Shown here one piece after another: positions 27,325-36,362 of a stretch of 55,112 nucleotides of DNA (the first letter of the stretch is position 1; the number at the start of each line of letters is the position of its first letter). Made by a program: the position numbers and the translations under genes. Below the pieces are notes generated by a model that was given only the letters and a program-made list of their open reading frames with translations, made no database searches and was not told where the DNA came from. Origin of the DNA: an uncultured Candidatus Saccharibacteria bacterium (lineage in GTDB: Bacteria; Patescibacteriota; Saccharimonadia; Saccharimonadales; Saccharimonadaceae); the NCBI GenBank assembly GCA_964511635.1, contig CAZEGC010000001.1, positions 1-55,112 on the forward strand, in the 5' to 3' direction.

Positions 27325-27367
27325 GCTCCGGATCTCGCCCCCTACCCGGGGGCTAGAGGTCCGGAGC
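27325..27367 (+). other. Very stable GC-rich hairpin (18 bp with a 2-nt bulge and 5-nt loop) 3' of the orphan ORF, without a U-tract
   Basis: GCTCCGGATCTC-GCCCCC-TACCC-GGGGGC-TA-GAGGTCCGGAGC pairs as 8 + 4 + 6 bp, including one G-U pair. Confidence 0.7.
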
Positions 27368-27392
27368 CATTCAACTTTCAAGACATATCAGT

Positions 27393-27430
27393 AAAATACC
27401 CTGCTCTATCAAGTGCAGGGTATTTTACTT
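27393..27430. terminator. Bidirectional rho-independent terminator shared by the orphan ORF (+) and rplS (-)
   Basis: AAAATACCCTGC-TCTATCAAGT-GCAGGGTATTTT: A-run, 9-bp core stem and T-run, symmetric on both strands. Confidence 0.8.
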
Positions 27431-27504
27431 AAGTTAATCTCATGAACTAGTCAGATTTTACTTCTTTGATCCGCCAAGACTCAATCTGCTGGGACTTGTC
27501 CTCT

Positions 27505-27906
27505 TTAAAGCTCAGCTTCTTTGGGCGCTTTTGTAGTATTTACAGCTGTTCGATCAAAGCTAACAGACCTAAGGCGCGCACTTTTACCACTTCTTTCCCG
27601 CAGAAAGCTTAGATAGTTTCGACGCACCTTTGCGCGACGGACAATTTCTACCTTAGCTACAAGCGGACTATGAAGCATAAAGCTTTTTTCAACTCCAATG
27701 CCACTAGTTACCTTGCGAACTGTGATGCGTGAAGTGTGTGAATTTTTTCGATCAGTTCGAATCACTACGCCTTCAAATATCTGAATTCGCTCTTTGCTGC
27801 CTTCTGTAATGCGTTGATGAACACGGACGGTATCACCGCTTCTAACCTCGACCACGCTAGGCTTCTTTTGGGCCTCGTTCACCTTCTGAATTAGTGCAAA
27901 ACTCAT
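27505..27906 (-). CDS. rplS: 50S ribosomal protein L19
   Basis: 133 aa. GDTVRVHQRITEGSKERIQIFEGVVI and RRAKVRRNYLSFLR are typical of L19. It has a short basic C-terminal extension. Confidence 0.9.
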   Translation of the reverse strand: MSFALIQKVNEAQKKPSVVEVRSGDTVRVHQRITEGSKERIQIFEGVVIRTDRKNSHTSRITVRKVTSGIGVEKSFMLHSPLVAKVEIVRRAKVRRNYLSFLRERSGKSARLRSVSFDRTAVNTTKAPKEAEL

Positions 27907-28003
27907 AATTTCTCTCTTTAACTATTATTTATAAGCAATCAATTACTAAATATACCATAGTACTCATTTTTTTTAAAGAGGTGAATCGATTAGATTTTAA
28001 GGT

Positions 28004-28009
28004 TATACT
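28004..28009 (+). promoter_or_regulatory. -10 element TATACT, 8 nt upstream of the malic enzyme ATG
   Basis: TATACT AGGGATAG ATG (ATG at 28018). Confidence 0.35.
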
Positions 28010-28017
28010 AGGGATAG

Positions 28018-29157
28018 ATGGCAGACTTTAATCAACTAGCCCGTGATTTACACGAAAAATTCGGCGGCAAGATAACCACTTCGCTTCGTGACTCGTCAGA
28101 CATGACCCGAGACAAGCTAAGTGCCTACTATAGCCCAGGTGTAGCTGAAATTAGTCGCTTGATAGCAAGCAGTGAGGACAACCTGGCAAAATACACCTGG
28201 ACCAACAATCTTGTGGCTGTTATCTCGGATGGTTCGGCAGTGCTCGGCTTAGGTGATATTGGCCCAAAAGCCGCCTTGCCCGTCATGGAAGGAAAATCTT
28301 TTCTCTTTAAACACTTCGCTAATATCGATAGTGTACCGATTGTTCTAGATGTTCACTCGGCAGATGAAATAATTGCGACCATCAAGGCAATTGCCCCCAG
28401 CTTTGGCGCTATAAACCTAGAAGATATTGCTGCCCCAAAAGCCTTTGAAGTTGAAGAAAAGCTAAAATCTTCACTTAATATTCCGGTTTTTCATGACGAT
28501 CAACATGGCACCGCTGTAGTCACGCTAGCAGGGCTTATTAATGCTTGCAAGGTAACAGGCAAAGAGCTGTCTAAATGTAAAATCACCCTTATAGGAGCGG
28601 GTGCTGCAGGCGTGGCAATAGCGAAACTACTGCATCAATTCGCCGAGCCAGAAATTATTGCACTCGACAGCAAGGGCACCATTAGCAGCAAACGTAGCGA
28701 TTTAAATGATAGCAAGAAACGCCTGCTCGAAATTACCAATCAAAATGACATAGACGGCAACCTAAAAGACGCCCTAATGGGGTCTGATGTATTTATAGGA
28801 GTTAGCCAACCAGGCTTGTTGACGCCTGATTTAATCGCCCTGATGGAAAAAGACCCGATAGTCTTTGCGCTGGCCAACCCAACCCCTGAGATAATGCCCG
28901 AAGAGGCAAAGTCTGCAGGTGTGGCTGTTATCGCCACTGGGCGCAGTGACTACCCAAACCAAGTCAACAATGCAGTTGCGTTTCCTGGTATATTTAGAGG
29001 TGCACTTGATAATAAAGTCACCAAAATAACTGATGAGCATAAAATTGCCGCCGCAAAACAGATTGCAGGCCTGATTACAAGGCCAACGCCTGATAACATT
29101 ATTCCTAGCGTATTTGACGAGCGACTAGTGCCTAGTATCGCTAAGGTTATCAAGTAG
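28018..29157 (+). CDS. NAD(P)-dependent malic enzyme (short, ~380-aa form)
   Basis: 379 aa with [36 protein letters not shown], the Rossmann motif [10 protein letters not shown] and [14 protein letters not shown]. Confidence 0.85.
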   Translation: MADFNQLARDLHEKFGGKITTSLRDSSDMTRDKLSAYYSPGVAEISRLIASSEDNLAKYTWTNNLVAVISDGSAVLGLGDIGPKAALPVMEGKSFLFKHFANIDSVPIVLDVHSADEIIATIKAIAPSFGAINLEDIAAPKAFEVEEKLKSSLNIPVFHDDQHGTAVVTLAGLINACKVTGKELSKCKITLIGAGAAGVAIAKLLHQFAEPEIIALDSKGTISSKRSDLNDSKKRLLEITNQNDIDGNLKDALMGSDVFIGVSQPGLLTPDLIALMEKDPIVFALANPTPEIMPEEAKSAGVAVIATGRSDYPNQVNNAVAFPGIFRGALDNKVTKITDEHKIAAAKQIAGLITRPTPDNIIPSVFDERLVPSIAKVIK

Positions 29158-29173
29158 AGCGAAGTTTTTTAAA

Positions 29174-30796
29174 CTACAAGACACGGTTGACTTCCTCTAG
29201 GGTAGTCTCGCCCCGGAGAGCTGCGAGCACCCCGGCTTGAAGCAGCGTAACCATCCCATCCCTGCGAGCCGAAGCTTCAATATCGCTAGTATGAATATCT
29301 GACACATCACCACGTAAATATTTTTGTATTCTTTCACTTACGACCATTTGCTCCATTATGACTAGGCGACCCTTGTAGCCAAATGGAGCCTCGTCATTAG
29401 GAGCTGGCCTCCATAGCTTAAAACTATCTAAATCTGGTTTTTCTACATGTGGAGGTAGGTCTTCTAGGACACCCTTCACCCACTCACGTGTCGCGTGATC
29501 AGGTTCGTATTCTTGCTTTGTTTCATGATGCAATCGTCGGACTAGTCGTTGAGCAATCAGCAGCCGAATTGCCGTACTAAAGATTGGGTTTACGCCGATT
29601 AAGTCAATCATGCGACTAAATGCAGCAGCAGTTGAGGTAGCGTGAAAAGATGATAGTACTAAATGACCGGTAATTGAAGCCTGTATTGCAGTTTTTGCAG
29701 TATCCTTGTCACGAATCTCACCTATCATAACAACGTCAGGGTCTAGCCTAAGTACAGCCCGCAGCCCATCAGCAAAGCTTTGCCCCCCTGTGGTGTCGAT
29801 TGGAATCTGCGAGACTCCTGTAATTCCGTATTCAATCGGGTCCTCTAGGGTGATGATTTTTTTATCTGTATCATTGAGTGCGTTCAGCATACTATAAAGA
29901 GTAGTAGATTTTCCAGATCCGGTTGGACCCACCATTAGCGCCATACCGCGTGGGTGCCTTATAATATCATCAATTTCTTTTCGCTCTCTTGCCCCTATCC
30001 CTAGTAGATCGAGTTGCAGTAGGGATTCGTCAAAATTAAACAAGCGCATCACCGCGTCTTGACCGTACATAGTAGGCACGGTTTCGATCCTTAAATTAAG
30101 TAAGTGCGTAGCATTTGAACGAGTAACCTCTTTTTGCATGTGGCCAGACTGCGGTGTGGTGGCAGCTGTCGAAATGCCAGTTCGAGAAGCTAGCGCACCC
30201 ATCAACACTCGGTAACGCTCCTTTTCGATCTCTGCCACTGGATGCAGCGCTCCATCGATGCGCATGCGTACACGAATTGACGTTCGCATGTTCTCGATAT
30301 GAATATCACTCGCGCCTAGCTTGTCGGCTTGGTCAATTAGATAATCCATAACCTGGTCTGTCCCTACAGAGTTTAGGGTGCGGCTGACCTCGGCTATTGT
30401 ATTACTGTCACCTTTTTTAGCAATTTTGATATCATCATATTTTATTTCACGCGGCGGATCGTAGCGATTCATAAAAGCCTTAAACCCACTACCACTAATG
30501 AGCAAAAACTCTACATTATCACCCTGGTCATTATACTTTTGACGCAAATCCCTCATAAGCGACTGAGGGGTTTGGCTGGTAACGCCGAACCTATAAGGGT
30601 CGGCATCGCCACCCTGAAGAAGCGGCACAATCCTACCCTTATACATTTCGCTAATTTCTAAAATACCCTCAACTAACGGTAATTCGGCCTCAAACTCTCT
30701 GGAATCAACGTACTGCAAACCCAATATAGCCGCACGTTGCCGGGTGGCGCTTTCATCTTGTTCGCGGCGACGAGCTTGTATTTTTTGTTCGTCCAT
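29174..30796 (-). CDS. pilB: Type IV pilus / type II secretion assembly ATPase (PilB/GspE family)
   Basis: 540 aa. It has an N-terminal T2SSE_N-like region, Walker A GPTGSGKST, Asp box, Walker B and His box (GHLVLSSFH). Confidence 0.8.
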   Translation of the reverse strand: MDEQKIQARRREQDESATRQRAAILGLQYVDSREFEAELPLVEGILEISEMYKGRIVPLLQGGDADPYRFGVTSQTPQSLMRDLRQKYNDQGDNVEFLLISGSGFKAFMNRYDPPREIKYDDIKIAKKGDSNTIAEVSRTLNSVGTDQVMDYLIDQADKLGASDIHIENMRTSIRVRMRIDGALHPVAEIEKERYRVLMGALASRTGISTAATTPQSGHMQKEVTRSNATHLLNLRIETVPTMYGQDAVMRLFNFDESLLQLDLLGIGARERKEIDDIIRHPRGMALMVGPTGSGKSTTLYSMLNALNDTDKKIITLEDPIEYGITGVSQIPIDTTGGQSFADGLRAVLRLDPDVVMIGEIRDKDTAKTAIQASITGHLVLSSFHATSTAAAFSRMIDLIGVNPIFSTAIRLLIAQRLVRRLHHETKQEYEPDHATREWVKGVLEDLPPHVEKPDLDSFKLWRPAPNDEAPFGYKGRLVIMEQMVVSERIQKYLRGDVSDIHTSDIEASARRDGMVTLLQAGVLAALRGETTLEEVNRVL

Positions 30797-30805
30797 TACC
30801 TTATG

Positions 30806-30814
30806 ACTATAGCA
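30806..30814 (-). promoter_or_regulatory. Extended -10 element TGCTATAGT, 9 nt upstream of the pilB ATG
   Basis: The minus strand reads TGC TATAGT CATAAGGTA ATG. Confidence 0.4.
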
Positions 30815-30835
30815 AAAAGCATAACAATTTTATAG

Positions 30836-30844
30836 TGATACAAT
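30836..30844 (+). promoter_or_regulatory. Extended -10 element TGATACAAT, 7 nt upstream of the GTG start of the second SpoU-family gene
   Basis: TGA TACAAT GTGAAAT GTG (GTG at 30852). Confidence 0.45.
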
Positions 30845-30851
30845 GTGAAAT

Positions 30852-31361
30852 GTGTCTAAAGTTATAGTAATCGCAAACAACATTCGATCGACCTACAACA
30901 TTGGGTCTATCTTCCGCACCTCCGATGGCATGGGGGTAAAGCAGCTTATCCTCACCGGCTACACGCCGTACCCAGCAATTGAAAATGACAAACGCTTGCC
31001 ACATTTAGTCGCAAAGCTTACTCGACAAATTCAAAAATCGTCACTCGGCGCCGAGCAGCACCTACCATTTGCCCATCATGACTCAGCAGCTGACGTAATT
31101 GATAACTTAAAGAAAAAAGGCTACCGCATCGTGGCACTAGAGCAGCATGCCAGCAGCACCCAGCTAAACGAATATACGCCGCCGGGCAAGATTGCACTGC
31201 TACTAGGCGAAGAGGTGAGTGGTATTAACCCTGCTCTCCTTGATATGTGTGATGATATTATTGAAATTCCCATGGTCGGCAGCAAAGAATCATTCAACGT
31301 CAGCGTAGCGTGTGGGATAGCGCTTTACGCCCTAACTAATTGCTCGGCTACGGACGCATAA
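30852..31361 (+). CDS. SpoU/TrmH-family RNA methyltransferase (second copy, short form)
   Basis: 169 aa with a GTG start and the SPOUT motifs YNIGSIFRTSDGMGV, LLLGEEVSGI and IPMVGSKESFNVSVACGIALYAL. Confidence 0.75.
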   Translation: MSKVIVIANNIRSTYNIGSIFRTSDGMGVKQLILTGYTPYPAIENDKRLPHLVAKLTRQIQKSSLGAEQHLPFAHHDSAADVIDNLKKKGYRIVALEQHASSTQLNEYTPPGKIALLLGEEVSGINPALLDMCDDIIEIPMVGSKESFNVSVACGIALYALTNCSATDA

Positions 31362-31371
31362 GGCGCGCTGC

Positions 31372-34300
31372 CTACTTTAACACTACGCAGTCTTCACCTA
31401 GCTGCTTAACTAGTTCGCCTATCAGCTTATCACTCGCATCAATTTTAAACGGCATTTTAATTGCAGACTTCTTATCGATGCCGAGCACCAAAATAATATC
31501 AGTATTTCCGACATGCTCCGAGCAGCTGCGCTTCAAGTTCGTCAAAGCAGCTTTATCGTCAGGATTTTTAATATGAACAAATAGTTTTTTGGCTTCGGGC
31601 ACATCAATGATTGGCTTGAGATTTTCGGTTTTTTTATCACTACTTTTTGCTGGCTTAGTTGAGGTTGCCTGGCCAGCTCGACTGACTACTTGCTTTGGCT
31701 TCATACGCTCGGCAATCACCTTTTTGCTAGCACGGGGTGCCTCCATTTTGTGGCCCGTTGATTCATAGCTCCGAAGCTCATCGTCGGTCACTAGCATAAC
31801 TTCGTCGGCTATCATCTTTGCTTCACTAGTTAAAGTACCGTCTTTTTCGCGAGCGCTGACCTTACCAGACACCCTAACGACTGCATCCTGAGCTAGCTTT
31901 GCGCCCACTTGTTCGTATAGGTTCGGAAATACAATGACCTCCCCCTCTCCAGCCTTATCCTCAAGGCCTACAAAAGCCATTTTTGAACCAGTTTTGGTGA
32001 CAATGGTCCTAACGGTTGATATTAAGCCTCCTATTGTGGCCTTTTTGCCATCGATATCAGGTGAAAGCCTCGAGAGAGGCATGGTCTGCTCCTGGAAATA
32101 TGCATCATAATTATCCAGCGGATGGGCACTTATATATAGACCCAGCAGCTCGCGCTCCCAGGTCAGGCGTTCTTTTTCAGTGTGCTTAGCGGGCGCAGCC
32201 TGAAGATCAATCGTCGGCTGAATATCACTGGAACCTGCCAGGCCACCGAACAAATCAGCTTGCCCGCTCAAAGCTTCTTTTTGAAGCTTACTAGCAAATG
32301 CCAGCAGTTTGTCTAGGTTATACAAAAGATCGGACCTGTCAGCTAGTCGATCAAAAGCGCCTGACTTTATCAATGACTCCCAGACGCGCCTATTAACCTT
32401 TGAAGTCGACACTCGTTTGGCAAAATCCTCCACTGACTTAAATTTTTCCTCTGCCCGAGCACTTAAAATTTCCTCGACTGCGCCAACCCCAACACCCTTT
32501 ATGGCCGCCAATCCAAATCTGATTTCATCCTTCCCTGGCACTACAGCAAACTCGACAAAACTCTCATTAACGTCTGGAGCTAGCACAGTAAGGCCCATGT
32601 GCTTACATTCAGAGATTTCGATTGCCAGCCTATCGATATCATCCTGGTCGCTAGTCATCAGGGCTGCCATAAATGCATCAGGATAGTGTGCCTTTAGGTA
32701 GGCTGTCCAGTACGCGATTAACCCATAGCAGGCCGCATGAGACTTATTGAAGCAGTAGTTAGCAAACTCTTCTAGTTGGTTCCAAAAAGTCTCGGCAAGG
32801 CGCGGGTCTACACCACTATGGTCTCTGGCGCCCTGGATAAATTCTGGCTTAACCTTCTGCATAAGTTCAATGTTTTTCTTTCCAACCGCTTTCCTGAGAG
32901 TGTCAGCCTGACCGCCACTAAAGCCGCACATGTCTTTTGAAATCTGCATAAACTGCTCTTGGTAAACTAAGATTCCATACGTACTCTCAAGAGCACTTTC
33001 CATTTTGCTATGCAAAAATTCAATTTTTTCTTGGCCATGCTTCCGGCGAATAAAGCTATCTATAAACTGCATCGGCCCCGGGCGATACAAAGCCACCATC
33101 GCAATGATATCCTCAAACACTGTAGGCTTTAGTTCGCGCAAATAGCGCTTCATGCCAGCAGACTCTAGCTGAAAGACTCCCGTAGTATCGCCCCGCTGAA
33201 AAAGTTCATAAGTTTTTTCATCATCAAGTGATAATTCAGACAGAACTATTTCTTTTTTATAAACCTTTTTTATTATACGCATGGCGTTATTAATAATTGT
33301 CAGGTTAGATAAGCCCAAAAAGTCCATCTTAAGCAACCCAAGGTCTTCAACTGGGCCCATCGGGTATTGAGTTGAAACCACGCCTTTTTGAGCCATCTCA
33401 AGGGGAGTATACTTAACGATATCGTCCGGTGCAATTACCACGCCCGCTGCATGGACACCGTGAGAGCGAATCGTCCCCTCTAGCCTGATTGCGTAATCTA
33501 GCACCTCTTTTGATGTTGGGTTGGTTTCATACTCGCGCTTTAAATCCTGATCTTCTTTGATGCTAACTTTTAGAGGTATGTGTCGCCCCTGAATTGGCGG
33601 TGGAATCATTTTTGATAATCTATCAGCTTCAGAGTATGGCACCTCTAACACACGAGCCACGTCGCGAACTGCCGCACGGGCTGCCATTTTGCCAAAAGTA
33701 ACAATATTTGCCACCTTTGAATCACCATACTTTTTGGCACAATACTCTATTACTTCATTACGCCTAGTGTCCTGTATATCGATATCGATGTCAGGCATGG
33801 ATATGCGGTCTGGATTTAAGAACCTCTCAAATAGCAAATCATATTTTAATGGGTCAAGATCAGTGATATTCAGGGCATAGGCAATAATTGATCCAGCCGC
33901 ACTACCACGACCTGGACCAAATACAATCCCTCTAGACTTGCCCCAGTTCATGAAATCCTGAACTATCAAGAAATAGCCGTTATACCCCATTCTATCCAGC
34001 ACCTCGAGCTCCATCTCTACTCGCGACTTCACTTCATCTGAAAGCACTGCTTTTATTTCTGATACCTCCATGCTGTCCGTATCAACGGGAGCCATATCGT
34101 TATATCTAATGGCAAGTCCACGATAAACTAGTTTGTCAAGATAGGATTTCTCACTTTCGCCTTCAGGCACCGGGAATGTAGGAATTAATATCTTCCCCAA
34201 ATCAAGTTCGACATTACACCTATCTGCTATCAAACTTGCGTTTATAACTGCCTGTGGGTTGGTCTTGCTCCAGCGCTCAATTATTTCATCTGGGTCAGTC

Positions 34301-35100
34301 ACGTGTAGCTCGAACTCCTTTAAGCTCATGCGCTTTTCGTCGCTCAAAAACGAACCAGTCCCCACGCATAGCAGAATTTCATGCGCTTCCTGGTCTTCGT
34401 GGTCCAAGTAGTGACCATCGCTCGTGACAACAGCCTGAATATCTAGCTCACTCGATAGACGCTCTAGGTGTTGATTGATTCCAACCTGAACATCCCACTT
34501 AGCTGGGCAGTCGGGGTGTCCGTGATCCTGAAGTTCTAAATAATACCTATCGCCGAAAACTGACTTATACCAACTAGCTATACGCTTCGCCTCGTCGTAA
34601 TTATCTACTCTGAGCTGTTCACCAAGTTCGCCACTAGCACAGCCGGAGAGTATAATTAAGCCTTCGTTATACTCCTCTAGGAGTTCGCGGTCAATCCTGG
34701 GCTTATAATACATACCCTCAAGGTTCGCCTTAGAAGATAGCATCATTAGGTTTTGGTACCCAACGTTATTCATCGCCAGAATAATTAAATGATACCTGGC
34801 CTTGTCTTTTTGTGGATCACGGTCAAAGCGCGACCTTGCAGCTACGTAGGCTTCCATGCCAATAATTGGCTTTATGCCAGACTTTTTTGCTGACATATAA
34901 AATTCAACCGCTCCGGACATTGTGCCGTGGTCGGTAATTGCTACTGACTCCATACCCAGGTCTTTGACACGCTCGACAAGCTCGTCGACCTTAGTCAAAC
35001 CATCTAGCAAACTATGATGCGTATGGTTGTGTAGGTGTACGTAATCTTTAGATGTTAGCTGCTTGGTACTGACTGCAGACTCGACTGTTTTTACCCCCAT
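31372..35100 (-). CDS. dnaE: DNA polymerase III alpha subunit DnaE
   Basis: 1242 aa. It has an N-terminal PHP domain (HLHNHTHHSLLDG), polymerase core (PDIDIDI), HhH and OB fold, plus a roughly 130-aa Lys/Ser-rich C-terminal extension with a small terminal domain. Confidence 0.9.
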   Translation of the reverse strand: MGVKTVESAVSTKQLTSKDYVHLHNHTHHSLLDGLTKVDELVERVKDLGMESVAITDHGTMSGAVEFYMSAKKSGIKPIIGMEAYVAARSRFDRDPQKDKARYHLIILAMNNVGYQNLMMLSSKANLEGMYYKPRIDRELLEEYNEGLIILSGCASGELGEQLRVDNYDEAKRIASWYKSVFGDRYYLELQDHGHPDCPAKWDVQVGINQHLERLSSELDIQAVVTSDGHYLDHEDQEAHEILLCVGTGSFLSDEKRMSLKEFELHVTDPDEIIERWSKTNPQAVINASLIADRCNVELDLGKILIPTFPVPEGESEKSYLDKLVYRGLAIRYNDMAPVDTDSMEVSEIKAVLSDEVKSRVEMELEVLDRMGYNGYFLIVQDFMNWGKSRGIVFGPGRGSAAGSIIAYALNITDLDPLKYDLLFERFLNPDRISMPDIDIDIQDTRRNEVIEYCAKKYGDSKVANIVTFGKMAARAAVRDVARVLEVPYSEADRLSKMIPPPIQGRHIPLKVSIKEDQDLKREYETNPTSKEVLDYAIRLEGTIRSHGVHAAGVVIAPDDIVKYTPLEMAQKGVVSTQYPMGPVEDLGLLKMDFLGLSNLTIINNAMRIIKKVYKKEIVLSELSLDDEKTYELFQRGDTTGVFQLESAGMKRYLRELKPTVFEDIIAMVALYRPGPMQFIDSFIRRKHGQEKIEFLHSKMESALESTYGILVYQEQFMQISKDMCGFSGGQADTLRKAVGKKNIELMQKVKPEFIQGARDHSGVDPRLAETFWNQLEEFANYCFNKSHAACYGLIAYWTAYLKAHYPDAFMAALMTSDQDDIDRLAIEISECKHMGLTVLAPDVNESFVEFAVVPGKDEIRFGLAAIKGVGVGAVEEILSARAEEKFKSVEDFAKRVSTSKVNRRVWESLIKSGAFDRLADRSDLLYNLDKLLAFASKLQKEALSGQADLFGGLAGSSDIQPTIDLQAAPAKHTEKERLTWERELLGLYISAHPLDNYDAYFQEQTMPLSRLSPDIDGKKATIGGLISTVRTIVTKTGSKMAFVGLEDKAGEGEVIVFPNLYEQVGAKLAQDAVVRVSGKVSAREKDGTLTSEAKMIADEVMLVTDDELRSYESTGHKMEAPRASKKVIAERMKPKQVVSRAGQATSTKPAKSSDKKTENLKPIIDVPEAKKLFVHIKNPDDKAALTNLKRSCSEHVGNTDIILVLGIDKKSAIKMPFKIDASDKLIGELVKQLGEDCVVLK

Positions 35101-35111
35101 AACTAAGCTCT

Positions 35112-35120
35112 AGTATAGCA
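35112..35120 (-). promoter_or_regulatory. Extended -10 element TGCTATACT, 11 nt upstream of the dnaE ATG
   Basis: The minus strand reads TGC TATACT AGAGCTTAGTT ATG. Confidence 0.4.
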
Positions 35121-35190
35121 ATAAAAAGCCGCGTTTATGACCGTTATGTTTACAACGCTCGTGCTCTTTTAGTAAAACTCTATTTACGTG

Positions 35191-35472
35191 CTACTGGTCA
35201 GCTTGAATAGACTGGCGAGCTTCTTCGGCTACCCCACCTATGACTGGGATCTCTACGAATAAACTAAGCAGCCACACCGCTAAAGCTACGACGATCGTAC
35301 CGCCAAGCACACTCCCCAGCCCAAAGAATATTCCTCGGAAAAAGTTCATTACAAAAATTTGCTTTCGGTTGCGATGAAAATCATTAAATAATTCTTCTAG
35401 CACGGTGCGCCTAGCCCCCGCAGCCTGTTTATCTTTTAGCTTTTCAATCAAACCTTTTTTCTGCTTACTCAC
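35191..35472 (-). CDS. Small membrane protein (DUF5665-like)
   Basis: 93 aa: a basic N-terminus followed by the hydrophobic hairpin FFRGIFFGLGSVLGGTIVVALAVWLLSLF. Confidence 0.5.
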   Translation of the reverse strand: MSKQKKGLIEKLKDKQAAGARRTVLEELFNDFHRNRKQIFVMNFFRGIFFGLGSVLGGTIVVALAVWLLSLFVEIPVIGGVAEEARQSIQADQ

Positions 35473-35538
35473 TTACCAGCCTTCCTTAAGCATTATTTTA
35501 GATCCTGACTCTAAACCCCGTAGGATTAGGAGTTGGCC

Positions 35539-35754
35539 CTACTTATTGACCTTATCCTCAATGGCGTCTTTGATGTTGCCGAGTTTCTTTTTAGCTTCGT
35601 CCGCCTGGTGGACAGCTTCATCCTTTAAGTCACCTGCCTTATCCTTGATGTCCTGTCGGGTTTCTTTACCGCTTTTTGGTGCGGTTAATATTCCAACAAC
35701 TACGCCTACGGCTGCCCCGACAATTGCTCCGAGTGTAAACCTATTTTTAGACAT
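35539..35754 (-). CDS. YtxH-like general-stress protein
   Basis: 71 aa. GAIVGAAVGVVVGILTAPKSGKETRQDIKDKAGDLKDEA matches the YtxH pattern. Confidence 0.7.
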   Translation of the reverse strand: MSKNRFTLGAIVGAAVGVVVGILTAPKSGKETRQDIKDKAGDLKDEAVHQADEAKKKLGNIKDAIEDKVNK

Positions 35755-35765
35755 TTTCTACTCCT

Positions 35766-36002
35766 TTACTTCTTATTCCTTAAGGCGCGAACGAAAAACT
35801 TCATTGCCATTATAGGTAGAGAAGCTGACTTCAGCCCCGCCAGCAGTCCACTGGCATCACTAGTGGCCTGGGATGCTTTTGACGCAACCTCTCTTATCTG
35901 TTTGGTGACCTTTATTAGCAGCACTCCAAGCACTATAGCGACCACCAAGAATATAACCATGACAATTGTTAGTATAATGACTAATATTTGCGCCCATTCC
36001 AT
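35766..36002 (-). CDS. DUF948-like small membrane protein
   Basis: 78 aa with one N-terminal TM helix followed by an amphipathic helix (IKVTKQIREVASKASQATSDASGLL). It is adjacent to the YtxH-like gene, as in Firmicutes. Confidence 0.55.
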   Translation of the reverse strand: MEWAQILVIILTIVMVIFLVVAIVLGVLLIKVTKQIREVASKASQATSDASGLLAGLKSASLPIMAMKFFVRALRNKK

Positions 36003-36028
36003 AATCTACCCTAATCTTTTTTAATTAT

Positions 36029-36277
36029 TTATTTTTTGCCACGAAACATCCGGACAATTGTAATTAGTATAATCGATCCAACCAAAGCTACCAAAAAGCT
36101 TGATATGCTGAAATCATCAACACCATCGCCACCTAGTGAATTAAATATAAAACCACCCAGCACTGCGCCCAGTATCCCGACAACGATATTTTTAAGCAGC
36201 CCACCGTCTTCGTTCATTATCATGTTTGCTACCCAACCAGCCAAACCACCCAGTACAATCCATCCAATTACACCCAT
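36029..36277 (-). CDS. GlsB/YeaQ/YmgE-family (transglycosylase-associated) stress membrane protein
   Basis: 82 aa. MGVIGWIVLGGLAGWVANMIM and glycine-zipper helices, with a strong SD (AAAAGGAGATAGAAA ATG). Confidence 0.75.
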   Translation of the reverse strand: MGVIGWIVLGGLAGWVANMIMNEDGGLLKNIVVGILGAVLGGFIFNSLGGDGVDDFSISSFLVALVGSIILITIVRMFRGKK

Positions 36278-36362
36278 TTTCTATCTCCTTTTGTTGGTAA
36301 TTTAAGTGTTACTACCAGCCAGTATACGGCACTAGATACTAATCACAGTGAGAATTTTTACA

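Noticed and set aside
27300-27380. Integron attC (59-be) site after the orphan ORF
   Set aside because: An ATTCAAC (RYYYAAC-like) heptamer occurs at 27369-27375, but it is on the wrong side of the hairpin. There is no paired GTTRRRY core in the required orientation and no integrase in the window.
26962-27394. Other open frames across the cassette: antisense 26962-27288 (108 aa), and same-strand 26970-27203 and 27158-27394
   Set aside because: Open frames on both strands are expected from the locally elevated GC. Only the 27013-27306 frame has a promoter, a well-placed SD, a balanced composition and a downstream terminator.
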